A program made the translations under genes and the position numbers. A stretch of DNA of 64,000 nt, taken from positions 7,378,001 through 7,442,000 of the forward strand of contig NW_024704765.1 in the NCBI RefSeq assembly GCF_018977255.1, in the 5' to 3' direction. Position 1 is the first letter of the stretch; each line of letters opens with the position of its first letter. The notes beneath the pieces were generated by a model, which was not told where the DNA came from, did no database searches, and saw only the letters and a program-made list of their open reading frames with translations. Of this stretch, positions 1 through 11,481 are shown one piece after another. Source of the stretch: Callorhinchus milii. Taxonomy: Eukaryota.

Positions 1-819
1 GTGACTGCCAACCCACAGCTCAGATTCATGACTGCAAACCTCGTATTCTAAGATGTTAAAAGCTTGTTCGTTGTGCGAAACGTCTCTCTCGCACAGGGAC
101 ACTGCCAACCAACCAACTCGTCCCATTTGCATCACTCAACTAATCTCAGTCCAGGCAGACACTCCACTGCAGTCCTGAGGTTGTTGTAGGTGCAGTCCTT
201 CAGATGAGACCAAGGTCCCAACCGCCTGTGAGAAGTTACTGAGGACCTAACAAGAGCGCACGCACTTCCGAAGTAAAACAATAATAATCCCCGTGTTTGA
301 TGTAGCCCCTGATCACCTCATTGAGATGTCTCAAAGCGCTTCACAGGATTACACTGTAAAGTGAGTTGACTATTTTGTGGGCAAAACCCGGCAGCCAATT
401 GCGCACAGCAGGTGTCCCACAAACAGTCGTGGATCGAAGTGACCAAATTTAGTGTATTTGTTTTGCATGGAAAGAGTCAGACAATTTGATTGGGAGAAAC
501 TCAAAACAAATTGAAAGGCATTTCCTTTTGAAATGATTTCTTCAACAGCAAGAGGCAGATTAACGAGTTACAGATCTTGTTCTTTGCAGCCTCAGCTGTT
601 TCTTCGTTGCTCATTTCTCCCCTTACCACCACCCCCCGCCACTAATTCACACCGCAATCTGCAGCTGGCAGTCGAACAAACACAGTGAAGCAAACTTTCA
701 GCGAGAGACATCATTGAGGCAAGAAACCAACAACCGCTATTGACAAAGCCCCAGCTGAACATCAATGCCCTGGATTACGCTCATGGGTATAATGAAGCTC
801 GCTTGGAATAAAAGCTTAC

Positions 820-953
820 GGGGACTGGCAAGATGAGTTCTTGATTCTCAGCCAGATCAGCAATATGACGATAGAGAGGGACCCCTTTCTCTGCAGCACC
901 AGCCTTACAAACAGCCAGGGAAACGCCAAGAATCGCATTGGCGCCGTACTTAG
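820..953 (-). CDS. ENO1: Alpha-enolase coding exon (134 nt); gene continues off the left edge of the window
   Basis: Translates (S)[44 protein letters not shown], a classic enolase segment; AG acceptor at 954-955, GTAAG donor at 815-819. Confidence 0.96.
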
Positions 954-1021
954 CTGGAACGCAAATAAAAACAATAAATTAATTCTCACCTTAAAACTGC
1001 GGGGAAGGAGAAAAAGGAGAG

Positions 1022-1061
<40 letters not shown>

Positions 1062-1610
1062 ACGTGCTCATTAAGAATATTTCCATTTAAAATTGATATC
1101 CAAATCCCTGACTGTCCAGCGCCTTAGGACGTCCTCCCAACATGAAAGGCGCTATAAAAATGTAATTCTGTATTCTATCTAAACGCAGGGTCTGTTAGAG
1201 ATTTTTTTCTAATGTTCAGTTTACAAAAAGGCACTACCCATGACATTACTGTGAAGTGCATGGAGATATTCAACATGGTAAAGTGCTTATAATGTATATT
1301 AAAAAAATTGCTGGCACAACCAGATGATCACACTCCACCCAGCAAGCCAAACTGAACCCCTGGTATTCTGATGACTGAATTGGGCTCAGCTATAATAAAA
1401 TAATAATCCTCGCATTTCATATAGCGCCTTATCACGTCTTCGAGACGTCTCAAAGCGCTTCACAGAATGTACTGTAAAGTGAAGTGACCTGTAGCCTCAT
1501 AGCTTTGTAGCAGTCACTCGCAAATCAACGCTATGCAGATGAAGTTGTCAAAACCCATTGGGGGAGGGGAGAATATCAGTGAGGGGAGATAGATAAGACC
1601 GCACACCTAC

Positions 1611-1680
1611 ATTTGTTTGGAGTTGCATCCATACACAACATCAGGTTGTCAATCTTCTGCTGTTCGACGACATTTACATT
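1611..1680 (-). CDS. ENO1: Alpha-enolase coding exon (70 nt)
   Basis: Translates NVNVVEQQKIDNLMLCMDATPNK(S); AG acceptor at 1681-1682, GTAGGT donor at 1605-1610; phases match flanking exons. Confidence 0.93.
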
Positions 1681-4293
1681 CTACGAGGAAAGAGATGACA
1701 TCAAGCACATGAAACACAACTACAAAGTACATAGTCCGTGACAGCTTAAACAGCCCAATTATAATAATAATCCTTGCATTTGATAGAGCGCTTTTCATGT
1801 CTTCTCGACGTCTCAAAGCAGTTCACAGAACAGACTGTAAAGTGAATTGACTGTGTATTTTGTGGGCAAAACGCGGCAGCCAATTGCGCACAGCAGCGTC
1901 CCCACAAACAGTCATGGTTTGAAGTGACCAATTTATTATTGTTTTGTTATTAATTATCTTAAAGCACGTGCAAAGTGCTGAATTCCAATACTCAGCAACC
2001 TCATTTGCTGTTTGGATCTGTCCAATTTGGACCACACTTTGTGCAGTTTTAATCAACTAAAAGTACTTAAAAGTTCAGTCGCCGACAAATTTTATCAGCT
2101 GGATCACATAATATTACAATCCAGAAGAAAGGGCACCCAGCCCATTAATTTTACGATGGTATTTTGTCCTCTCCACCAGCCGTCCAATGTAATTCAACTC
2201 ATGCTGGCTCCACTTCGCCCTCACCCTATCCTTGACATTCCTCTCATATATATATCTGTCAAATTCCCTTTAAGAATTTATGGGCTGCCTCAACAACAGT
2301 TTGTGTCAGAGAATGCATCGTTCCAACCAACTTTTTTTAAAAAATATAGCCTCAATTTTACTCTGAGGAATTTGGACCCTCATGATGCCCAATTTCACAG
2401 TGGTAACAGCCTGCAGCTGGGAGGTAGGCAAACTTTCGCAGATGTCGCAACAAAATGTCCCAATCATAGTTGATTGAACAGATTTATGGCAATAGTTAAG
2501 CACCCGTTCCATCTACAATCATCCGTGTAAACCACTTCTGAAACATTGCCATTCACAAAAGACGCTGCACAAGTGCATCACTTCTGTAACTCATCAAAAC
2601 AAGCCAAGAATAAATCCGAATAGAAAGCCATGCATTAACATGAAGGGTAGGCGATTCGGGACGAGGGAGGGGAAGGGAGCAAGCATTCCCTGCTGCAAAT
2701 ATACAAACTCGGTTTAGTTCCAGAGAGGAATGAGTCTGCAAGAGGCCACAACCAAAAATAGAACTCAAACAATTGACGGATTGGGGAGCGGAGCAAAGTA
2801 AGACCGCCAAAGCAAATTCCATTACATTAAGCGGCCAGGAATGTGCTTGTGTAGAAAACGCTCCTCGAAAGGATCTTTAGCACCCAACTGAGCTAATGAC
2901 AATTTTTGTTTTCTCTTTTAGCAGCGAGAATCTGGCAGCAAAAATATTTCAAGTGCGTTAGAATATTTGAAGAGGTTGACAAGATTTAGAGATAGTGGCT
3001 TGACAATGCCTTTTCTTCTCTTCCCTCCCCCACCCCCCCAACTCAAGGGTTATGTTTAGTCATTAACGTCTCTGGGCAAACATGAATCCCTCAATGATGG
3101 GCAGATCTTATTCCTTCCGGGCAGCTGCCTGCTGAGTATACCCATGACTGAAGTCAGACAAGCATGTTCACTCGGGAAAGGTCAGGCGACTCGAGAGCAT
3201 TCACAAGCAGGAATTAATGAACATGGCCCATGTGGGTCAAAGACATTGAAAACGCATTAGCATGCCTTTACCTTATTCTACAGCAACACAATGTTGGGTC
3301 AGAAAAAGAATTTAGTACAGCTAAATGCAGCCTCTCTTCAGAATAGCTATGCAATTGGCTCTGTACATTTGAGATGAGCTAATGCACTTGACGTGTTAAT
3401 ATTGTGAACTAAACTATCCTGAAGAAAGTTGTTTCAATCACCAATTTATCTTGACGCTCAGAGCTACTTTGCACAGCTGGGAGTCCTTTGGGTTCTGCTG
3501 TGTTCAGTGACCCTGATAAACTGCGGCAGATTAGAGCCAAGATTGGATGCAATTGAATCTCCATTCCCAAGTACCACAGGTGCCAAAATAACCCTGGGCT
3601 CAGTTTCCCTACTGAATTAATCTTATTAACTCACCCACCCAAATCTCTTCCCCCACCCTCCTCCCCAAAAATTCCCCAAACTGAACAATGAAATTTTTTT
3701 AAAAAATATATATTGCCTGCTTTACATATCCACATTGGGCAAATTAATCTGGGGCTCGTCTTTTGACAATACAGATTCTGACACAGTCGAGTGTAACGCT
3801 GTAATATTAATGCTGCATTTAACTTACAAACTACTCGAGAGGCAAGTCGCCCGAGGCAGCTGGTGCCTGGAATTCGACACGCTTGCTTTCCAGACTGGAA
3901 TTCGAGGTGCGAGCTCGAGGTGTGAGCTGCGGTTTCAAAGTTGCATCTCCGACTTGTGTCGGCCTCCAGAGAAAAACTTTTGGAGCAACCACGAGAGGGA
4001 GTGACGATACTTTTCTGCCGAAAACACCCACCCGCTCCGTATCCCATCACAAGTTGACTGGCTGCCAAACAGCACCCTGGGTCAGGTGCTATCATCCACA
4101 TTGTTACCTGGACTGAGTTATTTCTTCAAAGTCAACAGGAACGGTTAAAAGTCTCTAAGAAGCAAGTGAAAACGCTCTGTATTGAGGGACTACCAATTGC
4201 ACACCCGGAGGAGTACATTCCAGTTCCGTAAGGCTAGTTTCTACATCAAGGCCTCAATGTGGACAAACTAATTTGAGGCTTTGAAACACCTAC

Positions 4294-4352
4294 CTTCTTT
4301 AACAGGCCAGGTGCTATCGTTGTATTGATGTGGTCAACAGCTTTTAACACAC
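4294..4352 (-). CDS. ENO1: Alpha-enolase exon 4b (59 nt, canonical-like alternative)
   Basis: Translates (G)VLKAVDHINTTIAPGLLKK; CAG acceptor, GTAGGT donor; phase 1 in, phase 0 out. Confidence 0.92.
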
Positions 4353-4872
4353 CTGGAACAAACGAGCAAACCAATCATTGTGCATTCTCACACACATGCT
4401 CTGTAGGCACCAGTAGACATCCGGCCCAAATTGTTGCAATTATCTTTGCCAATTTTTCCCATATTGCTTGAGTTATTAATTTTTCCATCCAGCTTGGGTA
4501 CAGAAGGCCAAGCAGTCTTCAGTGAAGGTCCCAAATTGGCCATGATTCACAAGTGGAGGTAACAAAAAGATCCTGTCCTGATGCATCCAAACTTCCAGTG
4601 GAGATAGCAATGAGCCAATTTCTTCCACTAAACCAACTCCAATATAGTGCCCCAACTTTTATCCTCAGCTGAGGTCAACCAATTCAGAAAGTGTGTTTGG
4701 CCCAATAGGCTTGTGGGTGAGATAAATGCATTTGGCGTTATCAATAGGAAAAAAAAGCAATATTTGAAAGATCACATTGGGAATGAACAAAGTCTACTGA
4801 TACCCAACTCCACAAATTAGTCTGTAAAACACATGCTCTGCAGGTTAAGGTCACCACAGATGCACTCGTTAC

Positions 4873-4931
4873 CTGATTACATAAAGCAGGTCCAATGAAC
4901 ATGTTAATATACTTAACAGCCCTCGACACAC
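4873..4931 (-). CDS. ENO1: Alpha-enolase exon 4a (59 nt, duplicated mutually exclusive alternative)
   Basis: Translates (G)VSRAVKYINMFIGPALCNQ, homologous to exon 4b with identical length and phases; strong polypyrimidine tract plus CAG acceptor, GTAAC donor. Confidence 0.85.
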
Positions 4932-5380
4932 CTGCCAGAAAGGGAAACGAGACAGGTGGTTGAATTAAATAGAAGAAACATTGGGGGGGAAAAAGGTAAA
5001 ATAACACAGAATACCAACAGTCTAGAGTTAAAGAAAGGAAATAGCAGGAGCCCAAAGCACAGATGAAGAGCGATCACAATATGATTTCAGTCACTGCACC
5101 CTGAACCTCTGGAACTCTCTCGCCCCCAATCCCTCCGCCTTGCCCCCTTCCCACTTTCAAAACCCACCTAAAGACCTTCCTTTTTGATCCTGCTTATGGC
5201 CACCCTACCCCTTCCCTCTGGCTTGGGGACAGACTCTGCTACTGTTAAGCACTCCAGGGCGAAGGGCGCTATATAAATGTAAATTGTTGTTGTATGATAC
5301 ATCTATAGTCGATCCATTACTCAAAGTTCTGCAAGTGACAAATTGCGGAGTTCCAATGAATATCTGAAAGAAACGAGTTA

Positions 5381-5644
<264 letters not shown>

Positions 5645-6664
5645 CTACTATTAGCAGGGGTTGGGCGGAGGGAAAGGTTGGAAAATTGCAGGGTTTGGAA
5701 AATACGAGATTTTTGTCTTGTACATCTTACCGTTACAAATTTATTCCACAAAGACTTTAAGTGGCATCAAGGTAGATAATTCAAGGTAATAATTTAAATC
5801 AAAAATCTAGAACTAGGCTGAAATGACACATAACTGACAGTCACGTTAGGAATTATAAGCTCAGACTAGACTCTGCACTCCAGAGGAAGTGGATTTAGGG
5901 CAGTGAACATCAAAACCTACTGTACGAAGAATTCTAAAACTAGTTCTGGGTCATTTCAGCTCATTTCCAGATTTTTGATTTGAATAATTAATTCAGGGCC
6001 TTTCAACCTTGATTCAGGTGGACATGGGCCTCTTTGACACCTCCTCCCAAGGGGGGGGAGGGAAAAAAGTAATCTTACTTTATATTCCCTCCTTGTCCAA
6101 ACTTGCCCCCTCCATCACCCAATCCAAATTAACTACTCATTCCATTACTGTATCTGGGACATTGATGGGTGCAGATTAGCTGCTGCACTTGTCTCTGTTC
6201 CATTTCATTCTTTCCAATTAATCTGGAAATTGCCTTAAGAAAGGCACTGTAAAAACATAGCAATTGATATTAAAACTTTAAAGTCAAAATGTCTCAAAGC
6301 GATTCAGTTAATTGCTGGCAAGATATCCGACTGTGTTTAAAGCTGTTTGATATAAGGCCACTAAGATACTACAGTATAATGGATGTCTGCCTAAAATAGT
6401 CACTACACGTTACAGTAAAATACTGTTAAGCACTTTTGAGACATCAACATGAGGTACTATATCAAGTGGAAACGCTGAAGAGGAGACAGAAAGTCTTGAA
6501 ACCCAAGCAGGAAGGTTTTCATCAGCTTGAATCCACAACTGAAGTGCTTAAGGGACCTACTTATGCAAGCTACCCCTAGGACACCAGCTTAAGCACATCT
6601 TTGCTGGAGTTTTTTTTAAATGTTTCCTTCAAGTGTGCACTTCACCTCCTTTTTCAAAGTTACA

Positions 6665-6990
6665 AATAATAATCCTTGCATTTGATACAGCCCCTTGTCA
6701 CGTCATTGAGACGTCTCAAAGCGCTTCACAGAATAGATTGTAAAGCGGATTGACTGTATGTTGTGGGCGAAACGTGGCAACCAATTGCACACATCAGTGT
6801 CCACAAACATTCGTGGCTTGAGTGACCAGATTTGCTTTTGGAGGGATTATTACTCCCAGAAAGCGATCCGCCAATCAACTAACTATTGTGTTCCTACATT
6901 TGGTTATGAGTGTGGAGTAAAGAAACTCGGTACTCGTTTCGCCTTGCCTGGGGAATTGAACCCAGGTCCTCTTGCTTGCGAGACACTACA
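6665..6990 (-). mobile_element. Near full-length tRNA-derived Deu-domain SINE (long subfamily)
   Basis: Reverse complement of tail, core and most of the head. Confidence 0.82.
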
Positions 6991-9221
6991 CTATGCTTAG
7001 AGAATTTGGATTTAACAGAGAGAGAAAAACAAACACTCAAGTTTTTGGCGGACGTAGCCCTGAGCAAAAAAATAAAACCTCACGAGTCTGATTGCTTGAG
7101 CGCAAGACAAATTGAACAATACTGGGAAGCACTGTATCCAAATGTCAGCTCTTTTGGTTCTTCCTTCCACTAAAGATTGCAATCAAATACTGCTCACATT
7201 TGCCCTATTTACTGCTCCACATCAAGTTTGATTCCTAACAATCCCGGGTCCATTCATGCAAACCGTGCCTTGGTGCCTGCAGCCCCATTAAGACACCACA
7301 AGTGCTAATTGCGTAAAAATATTGCCAAGTCTTGCATCACCCAATTTCCATTGTGGAAACAGCTGAACCTCCATTACCCACTCAACCCATTTCCTCTGCT
7401 ACGACGGTTAGACAATAACCCGTCAATGTGCATCATTGCCCTTTTCTGAAGTCTTTCAGAAAGTTCAGCAAGCTCTTTCAAGGCAGAGTCCACATCAAAC
7501 GGGTCAATTGAATAAAACCCATCAAGCGACTCATCTGTCCATGCTGGTTGCCCTCCAGTTTCAGAAAGCAATTCACTGCAAAAATGCGCAGGAACCTGCC
7601 AAGACAAACTTGCATTGTAACCACCGCACGTGTTCCGCACAAAACTGCTGATCGAGTGAAATGCTTGAAAAAGTGTGCAATTTAGTCCAGAATAAGGTAA
7701 AACACTGAGATGAGCAGAGCAGCAGGTCAATCAAGATTTGAAAGAGCAAAACAGGTTCTAACCTCTCACGACACAGGGTTTGCCTTGCAGATTACTAACC
7801 CATCTTTCTCTTTTGGATGCTAACTGACTTGCAATGCAATTCAACCACTCGGGCCTTTTCTTCTCTCCACCCCACCCCTCCCAATTCCATCGAGCATTTA
7901 GCCCCAATCATACCAGCTCTGTTAAGCTACAGATATGTCACATCCCAGTCTAAAAAGTCTGTAGCGTTACTTTCCTGGCATCTTTTAAAGTTAATTTTCA
8001 CAAGTGCTTCCCTGAACAACCATTGAAAAGGGAGACAAGGAACAACAAATTACATTTGTATAACACCTTTCAAGTCAGGAGGACGCCCCAAGGTATGGCA
8101 AAGATCATACGTCTCCCTCCGCGCCTACCTATCCTCTGGGTCAGAAGTTTTTGTAGGTTGTTAAAGATCCCATGACACTACTCGAAAAGAAAGGTTCTCC
8201 CAGTGTCCTAGGAAACAAACACCAGATCAATCGTAGGACCTTACTGTCTGGCACACAGTACTGCTACAGTAATCTACAAAAAAAATCACTACGCAAATCT
8301 TCTCAGGAAACCTTAATGTTTTGATTTTTTTTAATTAAGGCAAATTTAGGCAAATTGAGCAGTTGCCGTTTCCAAGAACGTTGCCAGTTCCCAGTAATAC
8401 AAGAACAAGATAATGATTTTTTTGCTGATTGTGCAAAGTGGGTCTGAATAATCGGGGGCAGGAAACTCACTATTAGCAGCTCAACAAATGCTACATTCAT
8501 AAAATTTCACATTTAATGTTCCCATGTGGACATGCAGATTCTTTCCTAAGATCTCCAGCCAACTTCCATGGGCAAAAGGAATATGACTGGACAAGCACAA
8601 TACCAAATTAGGTGCATTAAGTGAACTAGTGGCCCAAATAATTCAATCTTTTCATAAGTGCAATCAACAGGAACACTGCGAATCCAGCCGCCAATTTTTC
8701 TCTCGACAAGTACGAGGTTGCCTCGAGTGGAACATTGAAGCAAACTAATTCCTACGAGCTGATAGACTACCTCTCTTGTCCTAGTCAAACAGTTCCAGCA
8801 AAATTAAAATGAAATGAAGCAACAAAGTTTGCGAGAACACGACCTTGTCTTCAATGTATTGGTGCTTCTTAATAGCACTCTAGGTTGAATCATCGAATCC
8901 TACAGCAATGAAAGAAGGAGATCATTCGGTCCATTGTGCCTATGTTGGCTCTTTGAAAGAGCTTTCCAATTAGTCCTACTCGCCCGCTCTTTCCCCCTTG
9001 CATACATTTTTCCCCAGACGAAAAAGGTTTACAACCTCTGCTACTCCAAGTTCATGACATGCCCAAGTTTAAGGAGCAGAACTTTCTGGAGCAGCAAGTC
9101 CACACAATCAATGAATGCAACACCGGCAGTCTAAAGACTAAATAATGTAATTTGCCCAATAAAACCCACATGCAGATGTTGGGTTAACACAAATTGGCTG
9201 ATCCTCAATTGGGCATAAATG

Positions 9222-9570
9222 TTCCTCAGTTGGTAGCTTTCATCTCAATATCTAAAGGTTGTGAGTTCCAGTCTCCTATTGGGACTGGTTCATACTCCAG
9301 CCCAATCAATCAGTTGTGCTGGGGGAGCAATAGACATGTACTTGGTACAAGATGTTAAACCAATCTGCCACTTCAGGTAGATGCTCACGATAATCAACAA
9401 GAGAAGGGAGTTTCTCCTGGCCCAAATCATCCAGATTAATTGGTCATTGACTCACGGCTCCTTTTGTGCAAAGTGGTTGCTGTGTTTCACAGTCAATTCA
9501 CAGGAATTACTTGGGAAGCACTTTGAGTCGGTTTCAACATTCGACGTGCTATCAAAATGCAAGGATTTAA
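9222..9570 (+). mobile_element. Older, diverged DeuSINE-type element (SacSINE1/AmnSINE1-like)
   Basis: Head CTCAGTTGGTAGC...GGTTGTGAGTTCCAGTC, middle GATGTTAAACC...TTCAGGT...AGAAGGGAGTT, Deu-like core; related copies near 10655-10970, 18620-18990, 19730-20120 (-), 20580-20900, 26520-26770, 27410-27770 and 45530-45875. Confidence 0.6.
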
Positions 9571-10990
9571 CTAATTTGCATAAGCAAATTGATGCTTCAC
9601 ACTGGCATTCGATCTAATTTTCATCGCAGTCACTTGCTGGTTTCAGCTCGACCTAACTAACTCCACAGCTGGATTTGTGATAAAGTTAGCAGGTGAAGGA
9701 CTTTGAGAGCGTTCCCGCTGTTGCATTTGGCCCTTTCCTGCGAAGGGCTTCTTACATCAGCTGTCAGCCTGTTTGCACTGCATTCAAAATGAAACTGGGT
9801 CTCAGAAGGTGAGAGGGCCTACCCTGAGCCATCTGCGCACAATCTCTGCGTTTTGAAAACACCGCATTATCCTGAGGTAATATCACAGTTCAAAACCCAC
9901 AAATTAATCCCAGAGCAGGGATTTGTAAAGAGAGTGGATTGCTCGGGGCTGATTTGGATCCAATTCTCAACAAACAAGGATGTGTTTGTTTCATTGAGCA
10001 GAGGTAGGACATACACTGCAGTGGAGTTTCTTAAACAACTTGCATTGTCGTTGTTTTATTAAGAAACTCAGCCACAGAATTTCTTTTGGAGGACAAAGAA
10101 AAAATTCCAAGTGCTGGTTAGCACTAACCAAACGTTACAGTATACCCAGAGAATTAAAAATGTCGAAGGCCACCCTCCGGGACCTCCAGTAAAGCAGGTC
10201 ATGTTCTAGGACAGGCAGCTAGCTATACTTATCTCCATAACCAAGCTACAAGCCTGTGCATTCATTCCCCGGCGTTGACATCAGTCCGAGCAAATGTATT
10301 AATCAGCTGCAATAAAAATAAACATGCCTCATTTAGATTCCTACACTCACTTACGGGCAGGTGGGAGTGTGGACCCAGGGAACGCAATTGCTATAAACGA
10401 ATGGTGGGAGGTTGTGCTTCAGAGGGACAGCACTTGTCAAACTGTGTTCGCTCTCAACTCTCGAGAGTGGATAATATGTCGAAGGAACGACTTATTCAAA
10501 TGAGAAGTCCGAAATTCCATTCAAAGCTGGGAGGTTTGCGAGCAAATCCATGCCTTAAAAAAATGACTACTCTACTTGCAGATTAAGCAATTGCTCCACA
10601 CATTTGTGCAAAGGTTATAAAGTCTGGTACGTTGCATAATACATCCATCTGGCAGATTGGCTCAGTTGGTAGCCCGCTCAACTCTTAGGTCAGAAGGTTG
10701 TGGGTTCCAGTCCCAAATTGAGACTCCAAGCCCAAAACCTTAGCCAACACCCCAGGGCACGACCTGAGTTAGAGTCCCCGTTTGTCAGGTGAGACTTCAA
10801 GGTTCCCCTCAAGTGAGCATTAAAGCTACCAAACCTTTGATACTATTCATTAAGAGAAGGGAGTTGCTCCCGGCTTCCTGGCCAAAATTCCACGGAAAAA
10901 ATAGCAATTTACTTCAATGGCTGTTTGTGGAACCTTGCTGTGCAAGCTTGCAACTGCATTTGCCATCAAATCATCACCACACTTACAGGA

Positions 10991-11366
10991 AATAATACTT
11001 TTTGCATTTCATGTAGTGCCTTTTCATGTCTACGAGACGACTCAAAGCGCTTCAGAATATACTGTAAAGTGAATTGACAGAATGTTTGGTGGGCAAAACG
11101 TGGCAGCCAATTGCACACAGCAGCGTCCCACAGGCAGATATGGATTGAGTGACCAGTTTATCATTATTATTTTTTTTTGAAGGGATTATTACCCCTGGAA
11201 AAGCGATCCGCCAATCGACTAACAACCGGGTTCCTACTTATTGCTGGGTAAACCGAGGTATATGTGTGGAGTAAGAAACCTCACCCAACATTTCACCCTG
11301 CCAGGAATCAAACCCAGGTTTCTCGTTTGCGAGGCGAGTGCTCTGACCACTGAGCTACAGGACTCC
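10991..11366 (-). mobile_element. Full-length tRNA-derived Deu-domain SINE (long subfamily)
   Basis: Reverse complement of the head (CCACTGAGCTACAGGACTCC), core and tail. Confidence 0.86.
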
Positions 11367-11396
11367 GCAGTATAAAGTAAAAGTAAAACAACTGAC

Positions 11397-11481
11397 CTTT
11401 ACCAGTGTACAAGTCTACTTCCACAGTGGGGTTCCCACGTGAATCCAGAATTTCACGGGCATGGATCCTCAGGATAGACAT
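11397..11481 (-). CDS. ENO1: Alpha-enolase first coding exon (85 coding nt)
   Basis: ATG at 11481; [28 protein letters not shown](G); acceptor 7 nt upstream of the ATG (AG at 11489-11490), GTCAGT donor. ENO1 rather than ENO2/ENO3 is assigned from synteny with CA6-SLC2A5-GPR157. Confidence 0.96.

Noticed and set aside
3631-4116. Several overlapping ORFs and a CpG-rich patch in an ENO1 intron
   Set aside because: No enolase or other homology seen and no phase-compatible exon; not a third alternative exon
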